NCBI GenBank assembly: GCA_031409335.1
Contig: JANNWY010000289.1
Span: 1 to 37,385, forward strand
Direction of reading: 5' to 3'
Length of the DNA: 37,385 nucleotides
Source: Chthoniobacteraceae bacterium
Lineage (GTDB): Bacteria > Verrucomicrobiota > Verrucomicrobiia > Chthoniobacterales > Chthoniobacteraceae
Under the pieces are notes generated by a model. That model had not been told where the DNA came from. It made no database searches and was given only the letters and a program-made list of their open reading frames with translations. This document shows, in pieces, positions 18,210-27,835 of this stretch. The position numbers and the translations under genes were made by a program. Positions within the stretch are counted from its first letter, which is position 1. Every line of letters starts with the position of its first letter.

Positions 18210-18282
18210 GTCGAAGGTCATATGGAAGTGCGCCGAACTGCGCCGGGCGAAAGCCTTCGGCCTTCGTCCTTCGCCCTTCGAC
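18210..18282. repeat. (CCTTCGN)x4 heptamer tandem repeat with one inverted copy
   Basis: CCTTCGG CCTTCGT CCTTCGC CCTTCGA at 18254-18281; GTCGAAGG at 18210-18217 is complementary to 18275-18282. Confidence 0.75.
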
Positions 18283-18284
18283 AT

Positions 18285-19160
18285 CTACTCAATCGGCGTC
18301 CCCGTCGTCTGCGTCAACTCGCGGAATCGCGCGATGATGCGGTTGGTGATCGCGCCCGGTTTTCCCGTGCCGATGGGCCGCTGGTCGAGCTTCACCGCTG
18401 CGATCACCTCGGCCGCCGTGCCGGTGAGGAAACACTCGTCCGCCGTGTATATGTCGTGCCGTGAAAGATCGCGCTCGCGCGCCGGGATGCCGAGTTCACG
18501 CGCGATGTCGAAGACCACGCCGCGTGTGATGCCATCGAGCGCACCAGCGGTCAGCGGCGGAGTCGAGACCACGCCATCGCGGACGATGAAAAGATTGTCG
18601 CCCGTGCATTCCGCGACGAGGCCGACATCGTTCAGCATCAGCCCCTCCTCCGCGCCGGCCTGAATCGCCTCCACTTTCGCCATCACGTTGTTCAGATAGT
18701 TGAGCGATTTCACCTGCGGGCTCAGGATGTCGTGTGAAGGCCGTCGCGTCGCCACGGTGGCCATCGTCAGGCCATTTTTGTAAGCCTCTTCAGGATAGAG
18801 CGAGATCGTGGTGGCGATGATGATGACGGACGATTTCGGACATTTGTATGGGCTCAATCCCATCGGCCCCACGCCGCGGGTCAGCACGAGCCGGATGTAG
18901 CCATCGCGCAGCGCATTTGCCTTCACCGTCTCGCACACCGCGCGCGTCATCTCCGCAGGCGAGAGCGAGACGTTCAACAAGATCGCCCGCGCGCAATCGT
19001 AGAGCCGCCGAATGTGCTGCTCGAGGCGGAAGACGCGGCCATTGTAAAAGCGGATGCCTTCAAAAACGCCGTCGCCGTAAAGCAAGCCGTGGTCGAAAAC
19101 GGAGATTTTCGCCTGCGATTCGGGGACGATGGCACCATCGATGTAGATTTTGAGTTCCAT
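18285..19160 (-). CDS. ilvE: Branched-chain amino acid aminotransferase
   Basis: ISVFDHGLLYGDGVFEGIR, KSLNYLNN (PLP lysine), LDGITR, ADECFLTGTAAEV. Start MELKIY. Confidence 0.95.
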   Translation of the reverse strand: MELKIYIDGAIVPESQAKISVFDHGLLYGDGVFEGIRFYNGRVFRLEQHIRRLYDCARAILLNVSLSPAEMTRAVCETVKANALRDGYIRLVLTRGVGPMGLSPYKCPKSSVIIIATTISLYPEEAYKNGLTMATVATRRPSHDILSPQVKSLNYLNNVMAKVEAIQAGAEEGLMLNDVGLVAECTGDNLFIVRDGVVSTPPLTAGALDGITRGVVFDIARELGIPARERDLSRHDIYTADECFLTGTAAEVIAAVKLDQRPIGTGKPGAITNRIIARFRELTQTTGTPIE

Positions 19161-19173
19161 GCAGCAAGCCGCC

Positions 19174-19202
19174 AACGTGTCAGCGCACGCGCTGCAAATC
19201 AA
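19174..19202 (-). promoter_or_regulatory. Putative promoter TTGATT-N17-CACGTT with extended TGn
   Basis: Spacing of 17, ending 13 nt before the ilvE ATG. Confidence 0.35.
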
Positions 19203-19897
19203 GCGACCAAACGACCGTCCTGAATCTCCAGCCGCCGGTCGCCGCGGGTGGCGAGGACGGCGTCGTGCGTCACCACCACCAGCGTCATCCCACGGTCGCG
19301 CACGAGCGCGAGCAACAATGCGACGATCCCCTCGCCGGTTTTGCTGTCGAGGTTGCCCGTCGGCTCATCGGCAAAAATCACACTGGGATCGTTGATCACG
19401 GCCCGCGCAATCGCCACGCGCTGCTGCTCGCCTCCCGAAAGCTCTGGCGGCAGATGGTGGAGGCGATCGCCGAGACCCACGCTGTTCAACGCCCGCTCCG
19501 CAGCCTCGCGCTTTGGCGCACCGCCGATCATGGATGGGAGCATCACGTTTTCCACCGCGGTCAATTCCGGCAGCAGGAAATAACCCTGGAAGACGAACCC
19601 GACGCGCTCGTTGCGAATGCGCGCCTGGCGGGACTCCGCGCCATCGTAAAGTTTCTGCCCTTCAAACAGAACCTCGCCCGCCTCCGGTCTCTCCAGCCCA
19701 GCGAGTGTGTAGAGCAGCGTGGTTTTCCCCGCGCCCGAAGCACCGCATAGGAAAACCGCCTCGCCCGCCATAATCTCCACGCTGATTCCGCGCAGGACCT
19801 CGATCGTCCGGTTGCCGAGCTTGAATGACCGGCGCAAATCGCGGGCGACGATTTGGGGTGATGCCTGGAATTTGGGATCGAGCTTTGTCGGAGTCAT
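19199..19897 (-). CDS. ABC transporter ATP-binding protein, LolD/MacB-like
   Basis: Walker A GASGAGKT, signature LSGGEQQRVAIARA, ADEPTGNLDS, VVVTHD. Confidence 0.92.
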   Translation of the reverse strand: MTPTKLDPKFQASPQIVARDLRRSFKLGNRTIEVLRGISVEIMAGEAVFLCGASGAGKTTLLYTLAGLERPEAGEVLFEGQKLYDGAESRQARIRNERVGFVFQGYFLLPELTAVENVMLPSMIGGAPKREAAERALNSVGLGDRLHHLPPELSGGEQQRVAIARAVINDPSVIFADEPTGNLDSKTGEGIVALLLALVRDRGMTLVVVTHDAVLATRGDRRLEIQDGRLVA

Positions 19898-20154
19898 TCT
19901 TTTCTAAAAACGCGCGGTGGATGCGAGGTTGGTCCAAACATGGGCGGACAGCGGGTGCAAATGGATTCGCTGGCAATCTGCGGAAGCGCCACCATTTTCC
20001 CAAAAACCAAAAGTTTTTGGCCCGGAATCGGTAATTTCGATCGACAACCAATGTCTGAACTGCTAACGGCACTTGAAGAGAAGAAGAAACGTTTCCCCTC
20101 CGAGACGAATTTTTTTCCCGCTCCAAACGCCGTAAGTCTCCAACATTCTGCACA

Positions 20155-20355
20155 ATGAAAAATTCAAAACGAACGCTGCTCCTTCTTCTTGCCGTCATCT
20201 GCGGAACCTCCGCGCTGCTGCCAGCGATCGCCGCGGCAGGTGACGACCTCGTTACGCTCTGCTTCCGAACCCGAACCGTCCAAGTCCCTTTCTATCTGCG
20301 TCCGAGGTATATCACGGCTGGCGCGATGGACGGCGCGTGCCCCACGAGCCCGTAG
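20155..20355 (+). CDS. Small secreted protein (66 aa) with two cysteines in the mature part
   Basis: Signal peptide MKNSKRTLLLLLAVICGTSALLPAIAAA; followed by a terminator-like hairpin. Confidence 0.75.
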   Translation: MKNSKRTLLLLLAVICGTSALLPAIAAAGDDLVTLCFRTRTVQVPFYLRPRYITAGAMDGACPTSP

Positions 20356-20361
20356 TCTCGC

Positions 20362-20387
20362 AGCCGTCTTTAGTTGACGGCTCTTTT
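20362..20387 (+). terminator. Probable intrinsic terminator
   Basis: AGCCGTC-7nt-GACGGCT stem followed by CTTTT, 6 nt after the stop codon. Confidence 0.55.
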
Positions 20388-20625
20388 GGCGGAGCTGGCG
20401 GGACTTTGAACGCGGTCGGACTTTCCAAGTCTTGGGTTTCATCGCCTTGGAAAATTGGCATTCCGGGAATTTCCCACCTAGTTGACGCATCACCGTTTCT
20501 ACAAAGCAATGAAGTGCCTCCCTCCTGAACGAGACCGGAGTTACCGTCCCCGGATCAATCCGTATCGTGACGTGAAAGGCGCACGGGCATTGCTAAGTGG
20601 GCGATGCCTGCAAAGGGGGAAAACA

Positions 20626-22836
20626 ATGGTGTTGCTCGTGGCGGGATGTTTTGCAATCGGGTGGGGTTATTCAGGAGCCGAGGCAGGGCCGATCCACGCG
20701 AGCGTTTTGTTTCCGCAGGAAACCTATCTCACCTCGCCGGGCACGACGCAGCCTTTTCTGGTGTCCGTCATCGCAGCGGACGTGAATGGGGACGGCTTGC
20801 CGGACGTGATCGCGGCATCTCAGCTTCCGGGAACCATCGCGTGGTACAAAAACCTCGGCAATGGGGACTTCAGCCCACGGCAGGTGATCTCCACCGCTCT
20901 GGGAACGCCTTCCGGCGTTTACGCGGCGGATTTGAATGGTGACGGATTGGTCGATATCGCGTGCTCCGCGTTTCTGGATAACAAAGTCGCATGGTTCGAG
21001 AATCTCGGAGGCACCACTCCAAATTTCATCCTCCACACCATCTCCACGGTCGCCAACCTCGCCCAGTCGATCGCGGCGGCAAACATCAATGGCGAGCCGG
21101 GAATTGATGTCCTTTCGACCTCCGCGAATTCCGACAACAAAGTGGCATGGTATCCGAATATCCCGGTCGGTAGTTTTGGTGCGCGGACTGTCATTTCGAC
21201 GGCTGCAAATTCGCCTTCCTCGATCACCCTCGGCGATCTGGATGGGAACGGCATCCTCGACCTCGTCGTGACCTCCACCAATGACAATTCCATCGCGTGG
21301 TTCAAGGGTGCGGCCCCGATCTCGGGCATCCCGCAGTTCACCCGCCATGTGATCGCCGCCAACCAACCCCGCGCCGTCGCCTCCGCGATTGCCGACATCG
21401 ACGGTGACGGCTGGCCGGATGTGCTTTGCGCGACGCCGTTTGTGGGCGATGCCACGTCGGGGATTGGCCACCGGATCACATGGTTCCGGAACAGGACTCA
21501 CGATGCCGGAGCCACGGCCCCCTTCTTCGGCTCCGGGCAAGTGATCACTGGCTTCGCTCCGGGAGCCTATGCGGTGGCCTCCGCTGATTTGAATTCCGAT
21601 GGAAAACCGGATGCCGTGGCAGGCTTGACCTCCGGGGCCCGAGTCACTTGGTACGAAAATCTAGGCGGCGGAAACTTTGGCTGGAATGCGGGCGATCCTG
21701 CAGCAAATGAGAAAATCATTTCACTGATCGCCATCGAGGCAATCTCCGTCGCAACCGCGGACTTCAATCAGGACGGCACGATCGATGTCGTAGCTGGATC
21801 GAACGGCAGCGGAGAAGTCGTGGCATATCTGAACCGGGGCGGACAATGCGCCCTCGCATCGGTGAATACCGCGCCGGCTTCGATCGCGAGTGGTGCAAGG
21901 GACGACGTCCTCCGCATCACCGCGGGCAATCGTGGAATTGCCGGTGACAACAATGCGCAGCTTTTTTCAGTGACACTGCATCTGGAGAAAAGCGCGGGTG
22001 TTTCCATGACGACGAGCGAGGCGAATGCGCTCATCGAAAACCTCCAGATCTTTGTGGATTCCAACAGCTCGGGCGCGTTTGAGTCTGCCACGGATGCGCT
22101 GGTCGGTTCGGTCGGGAATTTGCAATTGAGCGCGGGCCGTCTGACGGCGACGCTCACTCCGGGAAACGTCGGCGATGTTCTCATCGCGCCGGCTTCCACA
22201 CGGAATTTTTTCGTGGTGGCTGAGATGACTGCCTCAGCATTGACGCAAAATCCCAACAGCTTTCGCGTCACGCACATCGGCCAGGGCATCGGACGCAGCG
22301 TGGCGAAGGACGCCAGTTCGGGAGCGATCCTGACGCTCGAGTCTGCGGCAAATGCTGACGCGCCTTCTTCGTTCGTCATCGCCACGACCTCGCTTTCACC
22401 GATCGAGGCATGGCGGCTGTCGTGGTTCGGCATGACCGCGAACAGCGGAAACGCGGCGAACGGGGCGAACCCGGACGGCGATGCTTCCAACAATCTGATG
22501 GAGTTCGCATCTGGCACGAATCCGATCGTGAGCCAAAGCAACGCGATTTCCATCAATGCCAGCGTGATCACTCCGGGCAGTCCGACCACCGTCGTCACGA
22601 ACACGCCCGGTGCAGTGGACTTCCGCGCCATGTTTGGACGCCGCTCGAACTATCTGGCCGCCGGCCTCGGATACACCGTCGAATTCAGCGCCGACCTCAT
22701 CGCCTGGGTGCCGAGCGCGGACCCACCGACCATCGTTTTGGACGATGGCACCCTGCAAGCCGTCACCGTCCCCTACCCGCTTTTTATCAATGGCAAAAAA
22801 GCGCGCTTCTTCCATTTGGTAATCACCGGTCCATGA
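20626..22836 (+). CDS. Secreted FG-GAP/VCBS repeat protein with an additional C-terminal domain
   Basis: About seven ADxNGDGxxD repeats each followed by a (I/V)AWY/FxN-type motif. Start uncertain; ATG 20626 follows AAAGGGGGA, and earlier in-frame starts exist. Confidence 0.88.
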   Translation: MVLLVAGCFAIGWGYSGAEAGPIHASVLFPQETYLTSPGTTQPFLVSVIAADVNGDGLPDVIAASQLPGTIAWYKNLGNGDFSPRQVISTALGTPSGVYAADLNGDGLVDIACSAFLDNKVAWFENLGGTTPNFILHTISTVANLAQSIAAANINGEPGIDVLSTSANSDNKVAWYPNIPVGSFGARTVISTAANSPSSITLGDLDGNGILDLVVTSTNDNSIAWFKGAAPISGIPQFTRHVIAANQPRAVASAIADIDGDGWPDVLCATPFVGDATSGIGHRITWFRNRTHDAGATAPFFGSGQVITGFAPGAYAVASADLNSDGKPDAVAGLTSGARVTWYENLGGGNFGWNAGDPAANEKIISLIAIEAISVATADFNQDGTIDVVAGSNGSGEVVAYLNRGGQCALASVNTAPASIASGARDDVLRITAGNRGIAGDNNAQLFSVTLHLEKSAGVSMTTSEANALIENLQIFVDSNSSGAFESATDALVGSVGNLQLSAGRLTATLTPGNVGDVLIAPASTRNFFVVAEMTASALTQNPNSFRVTHIGQGIGRSVAKDASSGAILTLESAANADAPSSFVIATTSLSPIEAWRLSWFGMTANSGNAANGANPDGDASNNLMEFASGTNPIVSQSNAISINASVITPGSPTTVVTNTPGAVDFRAMFGRRSNYLAAGLGYTVEFSADLIAWVPSADPPTIVLDDGTLQAVTVPYPLFINGKKARFFHLVITGP

Positions 22837-23843
22837 GGCTGTTCAAACCTGCCGATTCCAAGCGCCATTTCGGCGGAGTTGGAATCGCGATCTTGATGCA
22901 ATGCGCCGCATCGCTGGCAAACGGCGCTGTTGTGTATGGCGGCGTGCAAAACATTCCGGTCCCGTCGGATTTTGCCGGCGTCTATTTGAATCTCGATACC
23001 GGCGTCACCAGCGCGGTGGAGTTCTCTGGGTGGGATATCAATCCGTTTTTCGGCGGCTACGGAATCGCCAATAGCCCTGCTTTTCAACCTGCGCGAACCG
23101 GGGTCGCGAATGAAAGTGCCCTCCGCGCATTCGGAGCGGGCGCTCAGGTGAACGCGAGTCTCTTATTCTCCAGCGGCAATGGCGGATCGAGCACCCATCT
23201 CGGCGCGGGGCTGAATCAGTTTGGAATCGGCCAGCCAGCTTATCTTAGTTTTCGATTTACCACCGACGGACACGCCGGTCCCTATTTCGGCTGGATGCGC
23301 GTCGTCTTCACGGTGAACACGCCGGGCGGCATCATCAAAGACTGGGCTTACGAAACCAGCGGGCTCGCCACGGAAACCGGCAATGTTTTGCAAACTGCGC
23401 CGATCGCGAATGTATCGTCGCTGACGCTGTCGGGCGGCCCCACGCAAGACGCCACGCTCGCGCCATTGCCGAACGGTTTGGGAAGCGGCGTTTCGCTCGC
23501 CATTTCCAAGACTGGCCCCGGCACGTGGACGCTCGCGACGCAGGAGAATTATTCGAGCCTCGCGGCGAGCGATGGCCTGCTTAATGTCGGCGTCGAAATC
23601 GCCAACGGCACCGTCAGCGCCAGCGGCTCCGGCACGGTTCACTTTGAAGTCAGCCAGACGCTCGCGGCGCTGAACATCGGCAGCGGCGGGACCGTGGAAT
23701 TGGCTGGTTTCACCGGCAACGCCGCACCAGCCGCGCTCGCGGCGCGATTCGACAATCCGGCAACGGCGGTGCCCGAACCCGGATGCACGACCCTGATCGC
23801 CGCTGGCGCCATCCTCCTCGCGCGCTCAAAACACCGCCGCTGA
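22833..23843 (+). CDS. PEP-CTERM sorting-domain surface protein
   Basis: ATGA overlap with the previous stop; C-terminus AVPEPGCTTLIAAGAILLARSKHRR; one autotransporter-associated beta-strand-like repeat (ISKTGPGTWTL). Confidence 0.88.
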   Translation: MRLFKPADSKRHFGGVGIAILMQCAASLANGAVVYGGVQNIPVPSDFAGVYLNLDTGVTSAVEFSGWDINPFFGGYGIANSPAFQPARTGVANESALRAFGAGAQVNASLLFSSGNGGSSTHLGAGLNQFGIGQPAYLSFRFTTDGHAGPYFGWMRVVFTVNTPGGIIKDWAYETSGLATETGNVLQTAPIANVSSLTLSGGPTQDATLAPLPNGLGSGVSLAISKTGPGTWTLATQENYSSLAASDGLLNVGVEIANGTVSASGSGTVHFEVSQTLAALNIGSGGTVELAGFTGNAAPAALAARFDNPATAVPEPGCTTLIAAGAILLARSKHRR

Positions 23844-23860
23844 AGCAATCGGCTGACATC

Positions 23861-26287
23861 GTGGAAGAACCCGCGCCGCGAACTCCCGACGCTTGGCAGC
23901 CATCGCGCATTTCGCCCGTCGCGCATTTGCTTTTCCTCATCGGCGCGGCTGCCGGTATTTTCCTTGCCGGCGGGCGGCAGGATGGAAATTTCGCCGTATT
24001 CCTGATGGCGGCGGGAGTGGCTCTGCTGCTGTGTCCGCCGCGGATTCGGGTGGATGGGAAAGTGTGGCTGGCGGCTGCCGCGCTGATCCTTTCCGCATCG
24101 CTCGCGCTGCTTCCCCAGAGTTGGATTGGCGCGCCGGCATGGCGGCGGGATTTGCTGGCGGCGGGTGTCCCGCTTCCTGCGTCGATCTCGGCGATGCCGC
24201 ACGAAACCGTATTCTGGATCGCGATCCTCGCGGTCGTGACGTGCGGCGCGCTGTTCGCATTGTCGCACCCGGTGCGCTCACGGATGCAGCTCGCGCTGGC
24301 CGTGGCGGCGGTCGCCATCTGCGGCGTCTATGCAGCCCTCGCCATCTATGCGCGGCAATCCGGCTGGCAATATCCATTCGCACCCGACCCGCAGGAATTC
24401 GGATTTTTCCTCAACCGAAACCACACCTCGACATTTCTCGTCACTGGCTGCGTCGTGGCCTTGGGAATCCTCGCCGTCGCATTCAAAAACCACCATTGGT
24501 TTGCGGGCACGGTGGCGGCAATTAGCCTCGCCACTTGCATCTGCGCGCTGATGTTTTTCACGAAATCGCGCGGCGGCATCGTCACGCTTCTCGCCGGGAC
24601 GCTCGTCTGGGGAATTGGCCTCGGCACCACCCATCGCTCAAAGCCGCTGCTCGTCTCATTCGCCGCCGTTTTTGTCGGCGGAATCCTGCTGCTCTTTTCA
24701 TCGCCCGGCATCGTCCGCGACCGGCTGCTAAACCTGTCCGGCTCGGTGAAAGATCGCCTCGTTTCCACAGCGCCGGACGCCGCACCGCTCGATGGCCGTG
24801 TTCCCATTTTCACCGACACCGTCCGAATGCTCGGCGACTACGCCATCACCGGCGTCGGGCTCGGGAATTTCCGCTTCGTGTTTCCCATGTACCGGCAGCG
24901 CGCGCTCTGGGAAGCGCCCGTCATTCACCCGGAAAGCGACTGGCTCCTGATGGCGGTGGAGACCGGCATCCCGTCCATCCTCGCGCTCGTTTCCGGCATC
25001 GCCCTGCTCGTCCGCGCGGTGTGGCCGCTGCGCCGTCATCCCTATTGGCCGTTGCGGTGGGCGCTGCTGTGCGCCGCGCTCGCCGCGCTCCTGCACGGAT
25101 TCGTGGATGTGCCAGCGCACCGTTCCGCGCTCGCGTGGTGGATTTTGGTGGTGGCTTGCCTGGGTTTCCAATCCGTGCCGCGCCTTGGCGCGCGACCGTC
25201 GCGGATTCAACACGGCATTTTCATCCTCGCAGGATGCGGCGCAATTGCCCTGAGCGTGTTCCTGATGCGAGCGACTTGGTTTGGCGGCCGCGCATCTCCG
25301 CCGTTCGCCGCGGCGGACGCGGAGATCGAAATCATCGGCCTCCGATTCGATGGGAAGAAAGCGGAGTCGATCGCGGCGGCCCACCGATCCATCGCGACCT
25401 TCCCGCTCGCGGACCGGCTGCACTACCAGCTCGGTCTTTCGCTCCTGCGCTCCGGTCGCAGCGAGGAAGCCGCCACCGCTTTTCGCAACCAAAGCAGGAT
25501 CAATCCCATGCCAACCGCGGTGATGATGAACCAAGGCGAGGCATGGCTCGAAACCGATCCCGAGCGAACCGGGGATGCATGGCTGGAGGCGGTGACGCGG
25601 CGCTTGAAAATCGACCTGTTCGAATCCGGCGCACGGCATGGAAGTCTCGCGCTGTATCGCGATCTGCTGGGTCGCTCGGCGGCGATACCGGCGATCCAAA
25701 CCCGGCTGCTCGCGGCATCGGATTTCAGCGCGGACTTTACCCTCGCATGGCTGGATCAAGCCGGGCCGGCACTCGTCGCCGCCGAGCTGCCGAAGCTCGC
25801 GGCGAACGCGGGTTTCGTCGAACTGCTCGCGGAGCCGGAGCGTCATCGTTTTCTCCAAGTTTGGTATCGCCGGGGCGATCGCGAGCGGCTTTTCGCGTGG
25901 CTGGCCGGGAAGCCGGAGTGGCGCGACACCGCGCGCCCCATCACGCTCCGCCGACTGGTCGATGCTGGAAAATTTTCCGAGGCCGTCGAGGCGGCTTCCA
26001 GCCAGTTTGGCTTCAGGCTCGACATCCCGGAGCCGGGCGGCGGCGAACGCGACGCGCCCGCCACTGCGCCGGAAAAAGCGCGGGAGGCATTTGAATACTA
26101 CTGGCGCATCGGAAATGTCGTGACCGCGAAGCGCACCCTCGAAGACGCCCGCGCGGAAAAATCCCCCATCGACCCGGAAATCTGGCGACTGAGCGCTGCC
26201 GTGAGCGCGCGGGAAAATCGGTGGGATTCCGCGTGGCAGTATGTCGAGCGATACTTGCGCGCGGCACAACCGGACTCTTTTCCATGA
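23861..26287 (+). CDS. O-antigen ligase (Wzy_C) family membrane protein with a helical/TPR-like C-terminal region
   Basis: About 12 TM helices; FLNRNH, TKSRGG, TGVGLGNF, HPESDWL, LHGFVD. GTG start approximate. Confidence 0.88.
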   Translation: MEEPAPRTPDAWQPSRISPVAHLLFLIGAAAGIFLAGGRQDGNFAVFLMAAGVALLLCPPRIRVDGKVWLAAAALILSASLALLPQSWIGAPAWRRDLLAAGVPLPASISAMPHETVFWIAILAVVTCGALFALSHPVRSRMQLALAVAAVAICGVYAALAIYARQSGWQYPFAPDPQEFGFFLNRNHTSTFLVTGCVVALGILAVAFKNHHWFAGTVAAISLATCICALMFFTKSRGGIVTLLAGTLVWGIGLGTTHRSKPLLVSFAAVFVGGILLLFSSPGIVRDRLLNLSGSVKDRLVSTAPDAAPLDGRVPIFTDTVRMLGDYAITGVGLGNFRFVFPMYRQRALWEAPVIHPESDWLLMAVETGIPSILALVSGIALLVRAVWPLRRHPYWPLRWALLCAALAALLHGFVDVPAHRSALAWWILVVACLGFQSVPRLGARPSRIQHGIFILAGCGAIALSVFLMRATWFGGRASPPFAAADAEIEIIGLRFDGKKAESIAAAHRSIATFPLADRLHYQLGLSLLRSGRSEEAATAFRNQSRINPMPTAVMMNQGEAWLETDPERTGDAWLEAVTRRLKIDLFESGARHGSLALYRDLLGRSAAIPAIQTRLLAASDFSADFTLAWLDQAGPALVAAELPKLAANAGFVELLAEPERHRFLQVWYRRGDRERLFAWLAGKPEWRDTARPITLRRLVDAGKFSEAVEAASSQFGFRLDIPEPGGGERDAPATAPEKAREAFEYYWRIGNVVTAKRTLEDARAEKSPIDPEIWRLSAAVSARENRWDSAWQYVERYLRAAQPDSFP

Positions 26288-26350
26288 GCATCGGATTCCG
26301 CTTCCGAGGTAAAAGGATGCAACTTTTTCCAAATCAAATACGCTGCGCCG

Positions 26351-27811
26351 GTGGCTGAACCGAGCGCCTTTCATTTGCAGGGATTGAGCCAGCCTCTTTT
26401 CGTCCGCCGCCGCGCATGGTGGTCGATGGCGGTTTGGCTGACTCCGCTCGTCGTCCACGCGCAGACGGTTTCGACGGTGCGCGAGCTGCAATTCCGATCG
26501 CGCTGGTCGAACTACAACGCGGACCAGGTGCAGGCGGAACAAGTCGCAGCCCGCGTCAATCCCGAAACGGGCGAAGCCGAAACGGGCATCGCTCCCGCGC
26601 TGCGCTCGTTCTTTCGCACCGGCCCGATCGTGCTCCGGGGCAGCGTCACCAATGGCTGGGAATACTCGACCGGCCGACTCTCCACCACGCAACAGCAGGG
26701 CCGCAGCAAGAGTAGTTTCTTCACGGCCCCGGCGGTTTTCGCCGGCTACGATCGCGAGGTCGGGCCGTGGGCGGTGTCGTTCCGCTATTCGGCGGGATAT
26801 CTGCGCTACCTCGATGGCGACTACGCTCCAGACGGCGGCGGAACCGCGGGCGGCCTCTCCCAAACCGCCGGCCTCAATGTCGCGCGCAAGGGCAGCCGCC
26901 TTTCCTTTCGCACGACCGCCAGCGCGTCTTCGGGATCGGGCTACGACATCGAGCGCGACGCGCAGATTGATCGCACCACGTTCGGCGGGCAAATCGGCGC
27001 GGACTATTCGATCACTGAGTTCACTCGCGCCGGCGCGAACCTCACGGGCTCCCACCAAAGCTATTCGGGGCAGGCCGCGGGCGGTGACACTTCGATTTCC
27101 CAATGGGCCGCGACACTCTTTGCCGAGTCGATTTTAACGGGGAAAACTGGCCTCCGCTTTGAACTCGGAGTCGGCATGGACAGCCAGATTTCCGGCGACA
27201 TCACGACGCGGGATCGCAGCTACTATCAGGGCCTCCTGCGATTGAACTATCAGCCAACGGGAAAATTCACGTTCACTCCCGCACTCGGATTTGGCGTCAT
27301 CGACGAAACCGGCCAGAGCAGCGCAGCGCAGGCTGGATTCCGCGCGCTTTATTCGCTCGCGATCGACTACGTCCCGACGGAGAAAACATCGGTTCGCCTT
27401 TTCGTGGGGCTCGAAGGCGCAGCTTCGAAACCCGAAGTCTCCCTCGCGATCAACTGGCATCCGCGGGAAAATACCCGCTTTAGTCTTTCGATTTACCAGA
27501 ACACGGGGTTTTCCACATTCTTGGAGAATCTGGAACGCACTCGACGAGGCGCGCTGCTCAACGGTCAGCAACGCCTTTTCAGCCGCCTGACGCTCGGCCT
27601 CGGCGCTGGCTGGGAGCAGGAGGAAGCGCTCGACGGCACCCAAGCCGACACCGATCCGTACTATTTTTTCGCGACCACATTGGGGTGGGAAATCAACTCG
27701 TGGCTCATCTGGCAGGCGCAGTATCGCTACTCCTCCGGACGCGGTGCGGCAGCGAGCGGAAGCGGCATTACTGAAAGCCGTGCTTCGACGAGTTTTCAAT
27801 TGACTTTCTAA
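26351..27811 (+). CDS. Outer-membrane beta-barrel protein associated with polysaccharide export
   Basis: Alternating beta-strand pattern, terminal Phe (ASTSFQLTF), located just upstream of wza. Start is 26351 or 26426. Confidence 0.75.
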   Translation: MAEPSAFHLQGLSQPLFVRRRAWWSMAVWLTPLVVHAQTVSTVRELQFRSRWSNYNADQVQAEQVAARVNPETGEAETGIAPALRSFFRTGPIVLRGSVTNGWEYSTGRLSTTQQQGRSKSSFFTAPAVFAGYDREVGPWAVSFRYSAGYLRYLDGDYAPDGGGTAGGLSQTAGLNVARKGSRLSFRTTASASSGSGYDIERDAQIDRTTFGGQIGADYSITEFTRAGANLTGSHQSYSGQAAGGDTSISQWAATLFAESILTGKTGLRFELGVGMDSQISGDITTRDRSYYQGLLRLNYQPTGKFTFTPALGFGVIDETGQSSAAQAGFRALYSLAIDYVPTEKTSVRLFVGLEGAASKPEVSLAINWHPRENTRFSLSIYQNTGFSTFLENLERTRRGALLNGQQRLFSRLTLGLGAGWEQEEALDGTQADTDPYYFFATTLGWEINSWLIWQAQYRYSSGRGAAASGSGITESRASTSFQLTF

Positions 27812-27835
27812 TCTCGAACACGTCCCTTCCCGTCC

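Noticed and set aside
20422..20453. Inverted repeat TTTCCAAG...CTTGGAAA upstream of the FG-GAP gene
   Set aside because: 8-bp arms with a single occurrence; not enough to call an operator or RNA element.
24728..27103. 791-aa minus-strand ORF
   Set aside because: Antisense to the ligase and beta-barrel genes; no recognisable domain.
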